From positions 413 through 64,412 of the forward strand of contig JADLGL010000002.1 of the NCBI GenBank assembly GCA_020849325.1: a stretch of 64,000 nucleotides of DNA, given 5' to 3'. Shown piece after piece: positions 25,404 through 34,524 of the stretch (position 1 is its first letter; each line of letters opens with the position of its first letter). Below the pieces are notes generated by a model. It did no database searches. It was not told where the DNA came from and worked only from the letters and a program-made list of their open reading frames with translations. This stretch comes from Bauldia sp. GTDB taxonomy: Bacteria > Pseudomonadota > Alphaproteobacteria > Rhizobiales > Kaistiaceae. Both the position numbers and the translations under genes were made by a program.

Positions 25404-26933
25404 CTACGCGCTGCGGCGGAGGCGGATGCGGCCGGCGTCGTCGATCGGCGGCAGGGCTTCCATCACGCGCGAGCGCGGGAAGATGGCGGTCGCGGTCGTG
25501 CCCTGGCGGAGCTTCGACGACAGCTCGAACGAACCGTCATGGGTGTGCATCAGCGCCTGGACGATCGGGAGGCCGAGGCCGGTGCCCTCCTCCGCGCCCT
25601 TGATGGCGATGGAGCCCTGTCCGAAGGCCGACAGGACGATCGGGATCTCCTCCTCGGGGATGCCGGGCCCGTTGTCGGCGACGGTCACGTACTGGCCGCC
25701 GCCCGAGGTCCAGCCGACCTTCACGTCGATGCGGCCGCCCGGCTGGGTGAACTTCACCGCATTCGACAGAAGGTTCAGCACCACCTGGCGGACGGCACGG
25801 GGGTCAGCCCACAGCCGCGGCAGGTTGGGCTCGATGGTCTCCGCCAGGATCAGCCCCTTGCTCTTCGCCTTGAGCTGCACCAGATGGCGGCATTCCTCGA
25901 CGAGATGGGCGAGGTGCACCGCCTCCTCGCTCAGCTTGTAGCGGCCGGCCTCGATGCGCGAGAGGTCGAGGATCTCGTTGATGAGGTTCAGGAGATGCGT
26001 GCCGCTCTGGTGGATGTCGCCGGCATATTCGCGATACGCCCGGTTCTCCATCGGGCCGAGCACCTCGTTCTTCATCACCTCGGAGAAGCCGAGGATGGCG
26101 TTGAGCGGGGTCCTGAGCTCATGGCTCATGGTGGCAAGGAAGCGCGATTTCGCGAGGTTCGCCTCTTCGGCGCGCCGGCGGGATTCGTCCGAGATCGCCT
26201 TGGCGGTGCCGAGTTCGCCGATGAGGGCGTCCTTCTCGGCCTTCGATTCGAGCGTGCCGAGCGTCGCCCAGTAGAAGCGGTTGGCGAGGAGGAGGAAGAA
26301 GAGCTCCGCCGCGCCGACGAGCGTCGCCATCGCGTATTGGAGCGTCTCGCCCTGGCTGGCGAAGAGGATGGCGGCGGTGAGGACCACCGGCAGCGACCCG
26401 GTGATCGCCGCCGGCGGGACGGTCGACGCGACCATCGTGCCGGCCGAGATGATCACCACGGTGGCGGCGAACTGGAAGACCGCAATGCTCTCGCCCGGCG
26501 GCGCCATCCAGCTGAGGGCGAGGAGAACGCACCACGCCGCGCCATTGACGAACTCGACGATGGCGAACCGTGCCGTCCAGCGGCGCACCCTCACGGCGCT
26601 CGGCGCGCTGACGAGGAGGCGGCGGCACATCAGGAAGGTGATCGCCTGGAGGACGGCGACGGCCGCCGCCCAGGATGCGACCATCACCGTATCGATCCAG
26701 AGGAGCGCCGTGCCGCCGACGAGAAGGACGACGAGGAGAAGCGCCGGCGTCGCGCTCTTCCGGTTGCGGGCGTAGGTGACGAGGAGCTCGTAGTCGAACG
26801 CCGGGCGGGTCCCGGTGCTCGAGGCGAGGCGCTCACGGAGGTCGCGGACGGTGCGCGCGACGGCGCGGCGGCGCTCGGCGCGCTGCCTGTTCACCGCGAT
26901 CTTGTCCGCCTCGGCGGGCTTCGGGTCCGACAT
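25404..26933 (-). CDS. Polytopic-membrane sensor histidine kinase, DivJ/PleC-family transmitter
   Basis: 509-aa ORF. The N-terminal ~230 aa carry about 5-6 hydrophobic segments. H-box ATMSHELRTPLNAILGFSEVM, N box LLSNAVKF, G boxes DNGPGI and GTGLGLPIV. The DivJ-like label is a resemblance only. Confidence 0.8.
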   Translation of the reverse strand: MSDPKPAEADKIAVNRQRAERRRAVARTVRDLRERLASSTGTRPAFDYELLVTYARNRKSATPALLLVVLLVGGTALLWIDTVMVASWAAAVAVLQAITFLMCRRLLVSAPSAVRVRRWTARFAIVEFVNGAAWCVLLALSWMAPPGESIAVFQFAATVVIISAGTMVASTVPPAAITGSLPVVLTAAILFASQGETLQYAMATLVGAAELFFLLLANRFYWATLGTLESKAEKDALIGELGTAKAISDESRRRAEEANLAKSRFLATMSHELRTPLNAILGFSEVMKNEVLGPMENRAYREYAGDIHQSGTHLLNLINEILDLSRIEAGRYKLSEEAVHLAHLVEECRHLVQLKAKSKGLILAETIEPNLPRLWADPRAVRQVVLNLLSNAVKFTQPGGRIDVKVGWTSGGGQYVTVADNGPGIPEEEIPIVLSAFGQGSIAIKGAEEGTGLGLPIVQALMHTHDGSFELSSKLRQGTTATAIFPRSRVMEALPPIDDAGRIRLRRSA

Positions 26934-27023
26934 GCTGTTGATCGTGCCGCCGCACTGCGCGCGTTTCTGTGGCGGAGAAGCATCGTCCCTTAACGTTTAA
27001 GATCGCTTTCAGGAGCTTGGTTA

Positions 27024-27716
27024 ATGGCCTCCGCGCCACCCGATTCCACGCGCGAGACAGCGCTCGCGACGCTCGTTGCGGACATTCGTGCGTGCCGCGT
27101 CTGCCGCGACGCGCCGACCGCCGGGAAGCCGCTGCCGCACGAGCCGCGCCCGGTGCTGCAGGTTAGCGCCACCGCGCGGATATGCCTTGCCGGACAGGCG
27201 CCTGGCACACGTGTCCACGCCTCGGGCCGGCCGTACACCGACCCTTCGGGCGACCGGCTGCGGACCTGGCTCGGCATCGGCAGCGACGTGTTCTACGACG
27301 CGAGCCGTGTCAGCGTGGTGCCGATGGGTTTCTGCTTCCCCGGCCTCGACGCCCATGGCGGCGACCTTCCGCCGCGGCGGGAATGCCGCCCGCTCTGGCA
27401 CGACCGCCTGTTCGCGCTCCTGCCGAACGTGCGGCTGGTGCTGGCGATCGGCGCCCACGCGCAGCGCTACCACATCCCCGGAGCCGGCGGGCGGGTGAGC
27501 GAGACGGTCGAAGCGTGGCGTTCGATCCTCGCCCGGAGCCGCGCCGGCACCGGCCCCGCGGTTTTGCCGCTGCCGCATCCTTCGTGGCGCAACAGTGCGT
27601 GGCTGAAGCGCAACCCGTGGTTCGAGGCGGAGCTGATTCCTGTCCTGCGATCCGAGGTCGCGGCGGCGCTGGCGGAGACTGACCGGCCGGATATGGACCA
27701 CGCAGTTTTGGAATGA
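27024..27716 (+). CDS. Uracil-DNA glycosylase superfamily protein
   Basis: 230-aa ORF. GQAPG motif, Cys cluster (CRVCRD) and C-terminal LPHPSWRN (HPS motif). Confidence 0.7.
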   Translation: MASAPPDSTRETALATLVADIRACRVCRDAPTAGKPLPHEPRPVLQVSATARICLAGQAPGTRVHASGRPYTDPSGDRLRTWLGIGSDVFYDASRVSVVPMGFCFPGLDAHGGDLPPRRECRPLWHDRLFALLPNVRLVLAIGAHAQRYHIPGAGGRVSETVEAWRSILARSRAGTGPAVLPLPHPSWRNSAWLKRNPWFEAELIPVLRSEVAAALAETDRPDMDHAVLE

Positions 27717-27799
27717 TAATCTAACGCCAGAGTATTCGGAGGGTCGATTGGAGAAATCCATCCCACTCCGTTCCATTCCGACCGCGCCGGAGCCGCCCG

Positions 27800-28288
27800 A
27801 TGATCGACCGCCTCGACCGCAAGATCCTGCAGATCCTTCAGGAGGATGCCACCGTTCCCGTCGCCGAGATCGGCCGCAGAGTCGGCCTTTCGACGACGCC
27901 ATGCTGGCGGCGCATCCAGAAACTCGAGGAGGAAGGCGTCATCACCGGGCGCGTCGCGCTTCTCGACCCGCGGAAGATCAACGTGAAGGTCACCGCGTTC
28001 GTCGCGATCACCACCAACCAGCACAACGACGAATGGCTCCGCCGCTTCGCCGAGGTGATCCGCGAATTCCCGGAGGTCGTCGAGTTCTACCGGATGGCGG
28101 GCGCCGTGGACTACCTTCTCCGCGTCGTCGTGCCGGACATCGAAGCCTATGACGGCTTCTACAAACGCCTGATCGCGAAGATCGACATCTCCGACGTGTC
28201 GACGAGCTTTGCGATGGAGCAGATCAAGTACACCACGCAGATGCCGCTCAGCTATCTCGTGCTGAGCAAGGAGAAGTCCGTGGTCTAA
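27800..28288 (+). CDS. Lrp/AsnC family transcriptional regulator
   Basis: 162-aa ORF. HTH LDRKILQILQEDATVPVAEIGRRVGLSTTPCWRRIQKLEEEGVI followed by an AsnC-type ligand domain. GGAG lies 8 nt upstream. Confidence 0.9.
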   Translation: MIDRLDRKILQILQEDATVPVAEIGRRVGLSTTPCWRRIQKLEEEGVITGRVALLDPRKINVKVTAFVAITTNQHNDEWLRRFAEVIREFPEVVEFYRMAGAVDYLLRVVVPDIEAYDGFYKRLIAKIDISDVSTSFAMEQIKYTTQMPLSYLVLSKEKSVV

Positions 28289-28342
28289 TTGTCTGTCGCG
28301 TTCGGAAGATTCAGAGCTGCCGTCGCCAGACCTCCGCGCTCG

Positions 28343-28413
28343 TGCCCGTTCCCCTCGCCCCGCCGGGGAGAGACGAAATGGCCGTCGCTCGGGGGACGAT
28401 CCCGAATTCGTCA
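28343..28413. repeat. Family B repeat, inverted copy (copy 3)
   Basis: The reverse complement reads TGACGAATTCGGGATCGTCCCCCGAGCGACGGCCATTTCGTCTCTCCCCGGCGGGGCGAGGGGAACGGG, colinear with 15989-16058. Confidence 0.8.
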
Positions 28414-28580
28414 ATCCAGTACGGAGTCGCCGGTCTTCCTCACTTCGTCATGGTCGTGCTCGTCACGACCATCCACACCCTGCCGGGCCGGGGAAGGGAA
28501 GCCGTGGAGGGTCGGGACAAGCCCGACCAAGACGACGCGGGGGCATGCGGAGCGGCGACCTTTGAGCCCGGACGAACGTC

Positions 28581-29285
28581 CTAACCCCGTGCCGCGATCC
28601 GTGCGACCTGCCTGGGGTCGGTGAGTTCCTTCACGGCGTCCTTGCCGATCCACCGCGCTGCCCTGTCGGGAGAGGCGGCCAGCTTCTCGGCCAGCGCCAG
28701 CGCCGGTCCGTGCAGGGCGGGCGACCGCTTGCCGATCTGGCGGAGGGCCCAGTTCACGGCCTTTTTCACGAAATTCCGGCCGTCGGTGGCGTGGCGCTCG
28801 ATGATCGGCAGGAAGGCGAGGAACTCCTCGGCCGGCGCCTTCTTCGCCGCGACCGTATAGCCGGCGATGAGAGCGAAGGCGGCGCGGCGGACGAATTCGC
28901 GGTCGTCCTCGGCCCAGTCCGCCACCTTCGCCGCCACCCACGGCGTCCGGGCGAAGACGCGCATGGCGGCCTGGTCGCAGACGTCCCACGAGTCGAACTC
29001 CGCCACCCACGCGTCCATCTGGGCGATCGTCACCGCCTTCGGGTCCTCGATCGTCGTCGCGAGGATGCGGGCTTCGTGGATGCCGGTGGCCCAGAGGTCG
29101 AGCGCGAGCGCGTGGTTGCGGCGGTAGCGGCGCTCGAGCGGGCGCATCATCGCCATAGAGACGCCGAAGGCGCGGTTGGCGTTGATGCCGAAGCGGGCCA
29201 TGCCGGCCCGCCCCGCCTCCGAGCCCATCGAGCGGAGTTCCGCCACGACCGCCGCGGCGGAGACGTTCGGCGCGGCCGCCTTCAC
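28581..29285 (-). CDS. DNA alkylation repair (AlkD-like HEAT-repeat) protein
   Basis: Track ORF 28581..29336. I prefer the GTG at 29285 (VKAAAPNVSAAAVVAELRS), which overlaps the upstream stop (GTGA at 29282-29285). Motifs WVAEFDSWDVCD and NFVKKAVNWALRQIGKR. Confidence 0.7.
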   Translation of the reverse strand: MKAAAPNVSAAAVVAELRSMGSEAGRAGMARFGINANRAFGVSMAMMRPLERRYRRNHALALDLWATGIHEARILATTIEDPKAVTIAQMDAWVAEFDSWDVCDQAAMRVFARTPWVAAKVADWAEDDREFVRRAAFALIAGYTVAAKKAPAEEFLAFLPIIERHATDGRNFVKKAVNWALRQIGKRSPALHGPALALAEKLAASPDRAARWIGKDAVKELTDPRQVARIAARG

Positions 29286-30175
29286 GCCTCGCCCTCGTCG
29301 GCAGCGAGGCGGGCGATGAGGCTGGAATTGTCCCAACTGCCGCCACCCATCGCCTGCACCTCGCCGAGGTAGCCGTCGACGAGCGCCGTGACCGGCAGCG
29401 GCGCGCCGTTGCGGGCGGCTTCGGCGCGGCAGATCGCGAGGTCCTTTCGCATGAGGTCGACGGTGAAGCCGAAGTCGAACTTCCGCTCGGTCATCGTCCG
29501 CCAGCGGTTCTCCATCAGCCAGGAACGGCCCGCGCCCTTGGTGAGGACGCTCATCGTCCGCTCGAGGTCGAGCCCGGCCTTCTCGGCGAAGCGGAGGCCT
29601 TCCGCGAGGCCCTCCATGAGCCCGGCGACCATGATCTGGTTGACCATCTTGGTCAGTTGCCCGGCGCCGGACGGCCCCATGAGGCCGACCGTCGCGGCAT
29701 AGGCGTTGATGACCGGCTCTGCCTTCAGGAAATCAGCCGGGTCGCCGCCCACCATGACGCTGAGCTTTCCGGCTTCGGCGCCCGCCTGCCCGCCGGAGAT
29801 CGGCGCATCGAGGAAACCGACGCCGCGCTGGCGCGCCGCCGCGTGCATCGCGCGGGCAAGGCCGGCCGACGTCGTGGTGTGGTCGACGGTGACCGCGCCC
29901 GCGGGCAGCGCCGCGAGGGCGCCGCCGTCGCCGAGAAGGACCGAGCGGACGTCGTCGTCATTGCCGACGCAGACAATGAAGACGTCGGCACGAGCGGCGG
30001 CTTCCGCCGGCGAGGACGCCAAAACCCCGCCGTGCTTCGTCCGCCACGCCTCCGCCTTGCCGGCCGAGCGGTTGAGTGCCGTCACGTCGTGGCCGTGGCG
30101 GACGAGGTGCCCCGCCATCGGCCCGCCCATCACCCCCAGCCCGACGAAGCCGATCCGCGCCACGCACCACCTCAT
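29282..30175 (-). CDS. NAD(P)-dependent oxidoreductase, 3-hydroxyisobutyrate dehydrogenase family
   Basis: 297-aa ORF with Rossmann motif IGFVGLGVMGGPMA. An alternative GTG at 30163 (MARIGFVGLG) has GAGGTGG just upstream. Confidence 0.8.
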   Translation of the reverse strand: MRWCVARIGFVGLGVMGGPMAGHLVRHGHDVTALNRSAGKAEAWRTKHGGVLASSPAEAAARADVFIVCVGNDDDVRSVLLGDGGALAALPAGAVTVDHTTTSAGLARAMHAAARQRGVGFLDAPISGGQAGAEAGKLSVMVGGDPADFLKAEPVINAYAATVGLMGPSGAGQLTKMVNQIMVAGLMEGLAEGLRFAEKAGLDLERTMSVLTKGAGRSWLMENRWRTMTERKFDFGFTVDLMRKDLAICRAEAARNGAPLPVTALVDGYLGEVQAMGGGSWDNSSLIARLAADEGEA

Positions 30176-30255
30176 GCCGTTCGCGCCCGGCCGTGTTGAC
30201 CGCGGCGCCGCGCGAGCCTATCTGCCCGCCGCCCGCCCCTCCAACAAATCCGTCC

Positions 30256-31407
30256 ATGGCCGAACCCAGCAAAGCGGCGATCCTCGATCGGCTACGGTCG
30301 ATCAGAAGCCTCGACGGCACGGGCGACATCGTTTCCCTCGGGCTCGTCTCCGACATCGTCCTTTCGAACGGCCGTGCGATGTTCGCCATCACCGCCGATC
30401 CGGCGAAGGCCGCGGCGATGGAGCCGGTGCGGGCGGCGGCGGAAGCGGCGGTGAAAGCGATGCCCGGCATTTCCGGCGTCGCGGTCGTCCTGACGGCGGA
30501 GGCGCAGCCTGTGCGACGACCGGCGCCCACGGCACGGACGCCGGCGCCGGCGCGCCCTGCCCCGCAGCCGGCGCGGCCGGCCGCGACGGGGAAGGCCGCC
30601 GTGCCCGGCATCGGCGCCATCATCGCGGTGGCGAGCGGCAAGGGCGGCGTCGGCAAATCGACCACCGCGGTGAATTTCGCCCTCGCGCTCCACGCCAACG
30701 GCCTGTCGGTCGGCCTCCTCGACGCGGACGTCTACGGCCCGTCGGTGCCGCGGCTCCTCGGCCTCACCGGCCGGCCTGAGCTCGTCTCCGGCCGGACGAT
30801 GAAGCCGATGGAGGCGCACGGCCTCAAGGCGATGTCGATGGGGTTCCTCGTCGACGAGGGGACGCCGATGATCTGGCGCGGGCCGATGGTGATCTCGGCG
30901 CTGACGCAGATGCTGCGCGAAGTCGCGTGGGGGGAGCTCGACGTCCTCGTCGTCGACATGCCGCCCGGCACCGGCGACGCCCAGCTCACCATGGCGCAGC
31001 AGGTGCCGCTCGCGGGCGCCGTCATCGTCTCGACGCCGCAGGATCTCGCGCTCATCGACGCCCGGAAGGGCCTCGCGATGTTCCAGCGCGTCGACGTGCC
31101 GGTGCTCGGTATCGTCGAGAACATGAGCACCTTCATCTGCCCGCATTGCGGGACCGAGACGCAGCTGTTCGGCCATGGCGGGGCGAGGCACGAGGCGGAG
31201 ACGCTCGGCGTCCCGTTCCTCGGCGAGGTGCCGCTCCACATTGCCATCCGCGAGACTTCGGACGCCGGCACGCCCGTGATGGCGACGGACCCGAACGGCC
31301 CCCATGCCGCCGCCTACCGGACGATCGCGCAGCGCGCATGGGCGGAGGTCCGGCGGCTCCGCGCGGAAGGCCGACGGGCCCCGCCGCGCATCGTCATCGA
31401 CCCCTGA
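30256..31407 (+). CDS. apbC: Fe-S cluster carrier ATPase, Mrp/ApbC/NBP35 family
   Basis: ATG at 30256 inside track ORF 30076..31407 (MAEPSKAAILDRL). N-terminal MIP18-like domain, Pro/Ala linker, deviant Walker A ASGKGGVGKST, CPHCG motif. Confidence 0.88.
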   Translation: MAEPSKAAILDRLRSIRSLDGTGDIVSLGLVSDIVLSNGRAMFAITADPAKAAAMEPVRAAAEAAVKAMPGISGVAVVLTAEAQPVRRPAPTARTPAPARPAPQPARPAATGKAAVPGIGAIIAVASGKGGVGKSTTAVNFALALHANGLSVGLLDADVYGPSVPRLLGLTGRPELVSGRTMKPMEAHGLKAMSMGFLVDEGTPMIWRGPMVISALTQMLREVAWGELDVLVVDMPPGTGDAQLTMAQQVPLAGAVIVSTPQDLALIDARKGLAMFQRVDVPVLGIVENMSTFICPHCGTETQLFGHGGARHEAETLGVPFLGEVPLHIAIRETSDAGTPVMATDPNGPHAAAYRTIAQRAWAEVRRLRAEGRRAPPRIVIDP

Positions 31408-31540
31408 AATACCTCCGCGTAAACCCGCGGTTTACCCTGTCATCGTTCGGGCTGCGTGGTTAACCCGGCCGGCACCGTCAGCCTGCTATCGCGTTTCCGG
31501 GGCGAACCTCTCGCCCGCGACCGTGGCAGGAGAGGAAGAC

Positions 31541-33355
31541 TTGGAGACCGAGACGACGCCGGCGATGCCGGCAGTGGAGCGCGGCCACGTGACCGCGATC
31601 GGTGGTTCACACGCGTCCATCCGTCTGACGCGTCCGGCGGGGGCGCTCGACGACTTCACGGTCGGCAAGCTCCTCGAGATCACCGCGGCGAATGCGTATG
31701 CGGTCGCGGTCGTGACCGCGGTGGCGGAGGAGCGCGGTACGGGCATCGTGTCCGCGGAGGTCGACCTCCTCGGCGAGATCGTCCGCGGACGGAACGGCCC
31801 GTTCTTCCAGCGCGGCATCACCGAATACCCCGCCGTCGGCAGCCCGGCTGCGATGCTGACACGCGAGCATCTGCGGCTGATCTACGACATCGCCGGCGCC
31901 CGGACGATCAACATCGGCACGCTGTCGCAGGACAGTTCGATCGGCGCCTACATCAACGTCGACGAAATGCTGCAGAAGCATTTCGCCGTTCTCGGCACGA
32001 CCGGCGTCGGCAAGTCGACCGGCGTCGCCCTCCTCCTCCGCGAGGTGCTGCGCGCCCGGCCGAAGCAGCGCATCTTCCTCATCGACCCGCACAACGAATA
32101 CGGCGCCTGTTTCGGCGACAAGGCCGAGGTGCTGTCGCCGACGAACCTTCGTCTCCCTTACTGGCTGTTCAACTTCGAGGAGATGGTCGACGTCATCTTC
32201 CGCGCCCGGCCGGGCGTCGAGGAAGAGGTCGAGATCCTCAGCCAGGTGATCGCGGAGGCGAAGAACCTTTTCGCCGAGGAGCGCGACGCCAACCGGCCGC
32301 GCCTCCGGAAGACCGAGACCGAGGGCGCCGGCTACACCGTCGACACGCCGGTCCCCTACCGGATGACCGACCTCCTCGCCCTCATCGACAAGCGGATGGG
32401 GAAGCTCGAGAACCGCTCGCAGTTCCCGAAATACCACCGGCTGATCACCCGGATCGAGACGGTCTCGAACGACCCGCGCTACCGCTTCATGTTCCAGAAC
32501 GCGAATGTCGGCGGCGACACGATGGTCGAGGTCCTGTCGGGCCTGTTCAACCTCACCGACAGCCGGAAGCCGGTGACGGTGATGCAGCTCGCGGGCTTCC
32601 CCGGCGAGGTGGTCGATTCCGTCGTCTCGGTGCTGTGCCGGATGGCGTTCGAATTCGGCCTGTGGGGCGGCGGCCTGTTGCCGCTCCTCATCGTCTGCGA
32701 GGAGGCGCACCGCTACGCCCCGTCGGACCGGGGCGTCGGCTTCGGCCCGACCCGGAAGTCCGTGTCGCGGATCGCGAAGGAGGGCCGGAAATACGGCGTC
32801 TTCATCGGCCTCGTCACCCAGCGGCCGGCCGAGCTCGACGCCACGATCATCTCGCAGTGCTCGACGCTGTTCGCGATGCGCATGGCGAACGATCTCGACC
32901 AGTCGATCGTCCGCTCGGCCGTTTCGGATGCCGCCGCCGGCCTGCTTGCCTTCGTTCCGGCGCTCGGCGTGCGCGAGGTGTTTGCGTTCGGCGAGGGCGT
33001 GGCGCTGCCGACCCGCATCCGCTTCGGCGAGGTGCCGAAAGAGTTTCTGCCGCGCGCGGCGACGGTGGCGCAGTTCGCGAACGATGCGGGCCTCCTCGAC
33101 ACCACCGTCATCGCCGCGGTGGTCGACCGCTGGCGCGCGGCCAGCATGAGCCGCCGCCGGCGCGCCATCGACCCGGCCGACGACGAGACGATTGGCTTCG
33201 AGAGCCCCGTCCTCCGGCGGCCGCGCGAGGTGGGGTCGGAGGACCGCCCGATTCCGCCGAGCGAACGCCCGGCGTCGGCGCCGCCACGGATGGCCCTCGC
33301 GGACACGCCGCGACCGCAGCCGAACGATGCGCTCGCCCGCTGGCCGGGCCGGTAG
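31541..33355 (+). CDS. HerA-like (DUF87) P-loop ATPase, no adjacent nuclease partner
   Basis: Inside track ORF 31304..33355. TTG at 31541 has AGGAGAGG 5-8 nt upstream; the next in-frame ATG is at 31565. N-terminal barrel-like segment, Walker A GTTGVGKST, Walker B LLIVCEEAHRY, GLVTQRPAELD. The C-terminal ~100 aa are low-complexity. Confidence 0.75.
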   Translation: METETTPAMPAVERGHVTAIGGSHASIRLTRPAGALDDFTVGKLLEITAANAYAVAVVTAVAEERGTGIVSAEVDLLGEIVRGRNGPFFQRGITEYPAVGSPAAMLTREHLRLIYDIAGARTINIGTLSQDSSIGAYINVDEMLQKHFAVLGTTGVGKSTGVALLLREVLRARPKQRIFLIDPHNEYGACFGDKAEVLSPTNLRLPYWLFNFEEMVDVIFRARPGVEEEVEILSQVIAEAKNLFAEERDANRPRLRKTETEGAGYTVDTPVPYRMTDLLALIDKRMGKLENRSQFPKYHRLITRIETVSNDPRYRFMFQNANVGGDTMVEVLSGLFNLTDSRKPVTVMQLAGFPGEVVDSVVSVLCRMAFEFGLWGGGLLPLLIVCEEAHRYAPSDRGVGFGPTRKSVSRIAKEGRKYGVFIGLVTQRPAELDATIISQCSTLFAMRMANDLDQSIVRSAVSDAAAGLLAFVPALGVREVFAFGEGVALPTRIRFGEVPKEFLPRAATVAQFANDAGLLDTTVIAAVVDRWRAASMSRRRRAIDPADDETIGFESPVLRRPREVGSEDRPIPPSERPASAPPRMALADTPRPQPNDALARWPGR

Positions 33356-33374
33356 ATGCTCGGCACGTCGGTGT

Positions 33375-33598
33375 GCTCGGTCCCCTCGCCCGTCCGGCGC
33401 GAGGGCTTTCGAGCTTGGTGAGCGAGGCGAACCGGGTGGTTGACGCATTCGGATCGTTCCCGGGGCGACCTCTCCTTGCCGCCTCTCCCCGTTCGGGGAG
33501 AGACCTCGCAGCCCGGTGAGGCGAAGCCGAACCTGGCGAACCGAACGGTTCGCCAAGCTCAGAAGCCTTCTCCCCGACGGGGCGAGGGGAACAGGCTC
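33375..33598. repeat. Composite intergenic repeat, families C, B and C (copy 3)
   Basis: Order of units: hairpin CCCTCGC..GCGAGGG plus TTCGAGCTTGGTGAGCGAGGCGAACCG; then GGTGGTTGACGCATTCGGATCGTTCCCGGGGCGACC; then CTCTCCCCGTTCGGGGAGAG plus TCGCAGCCCGGTGAGGCGAAGCCGAACCTGGCGAACCG; then CTTCTCCCCGACGGGGCGAGGGGAAC. Confidence 0.8.
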
Positions 33599-33731
33599 CT
33601 CCGGCGTGGCGCGGCCGCCGGCGCCCTCGTTTCGCCGCCATCCGCCACCATTCCGTTTCAGGTTCGTGGTACCCATCTTCCGGACGGGTGACGCCGGACC
33701 GGCCGGAGTGTCGGCCCTATCGTCGGACCGC

Positions 33732-34442
33732 ATGCGCCGCTCGCCTTTCCTCTGGATTCTCCTCTGCATCATCGGCGTCGCGATGGCGCTCCTCTTGCTG
33801 CGCGACCGCGCGCCGCTCGACTCGGACCTCGACGGCGGCCGGATCGCGCAGCTCGTGTTCCTCGGCATCATCCTCGTGGTGGCGCTGTTCGGCGCGATCG
33901 GGCGCGGCGCGCTCGGGCAGTCGCTCCGCTATGCCGTCATCTGGGGCCTCGTGATCGCCGTGCTCCTCGTCGGCTGGACGTTCCGGAGCGAACTCGAATG
34001 GGTCGTCCAGCGCGTCCAGGGCGAGCTGTTCCCCGGCACCGCTGTGGTGGCGACGGACCCGAACACCGGCAAGGAGCAGGTGATCATCAGCCGGCAGCGC
34101 GGCGGCCATTTCGTGCTCGTGGCCACGCTCAACACCGCGCCGATCGAGATGATGGTCGATACCGGTGCCTCGGTGGTGACGCTCACGCCCGGCGACGCGC
34201 GGCTCGCCGGCATCGACACCCGCAACCTCGTCTACCGCGTGTCTGTAGCGACGGCGAACGGTTCGGCGCTCGCCGCCCCCGTGATCCTCGACACGATCAC
34301 CATCGGCTCGATCGAACGCCGCCGCGTGGCCGCACTCGTCACGCAGGAAGGGATGCTCGAGACGAGCCTCCTCGGCCTCAACTTCCTGTCGTCGCTGTCG
34401 AGCTACACGTTCGCCGGCGGCCAGCTCCTCCTGTCGCCGTGA
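33732..34442 (+). CDS. Membrane-anchored retropepsin-like (clan AA) aspartic protease, TIGR02281-like
   Basis: ATG at 33732 inside track ORF 33516..34442. Three N-terminal hydrophobic segments followed by the catalytic MVDTGASVVTL (DTGA) motif. Confidence 0.75.
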   Translation: MRRSPFLWILLCIIGVAMALLLLRDRAPLDSDLDGGRIAQLVFLGIILVVALFGAIGRGALGQSLRYAVIWGLVIAVLLVGWTFRSELEWVVQRVQGELFPGTAVVATDPNTGKEQVIISRQRGGHFVLVATLNTAPIEMMVDTGASVVTLTPGDARLAGIDTRNLVYRVSVATANGSALAAPVILDTITIGSIERRRVAALVTQEGMLETSLLGLNFLSSLSSYTFAGGQLLLSP

Positions 34443-34524
34443 GCGGCCGATGCCACCGGGATTTGGCGACTCCGTCGCGCCGGCCTAGAGTCGTGCCGAG
34501 GGGACGCATTCGCATGGAGCCACG

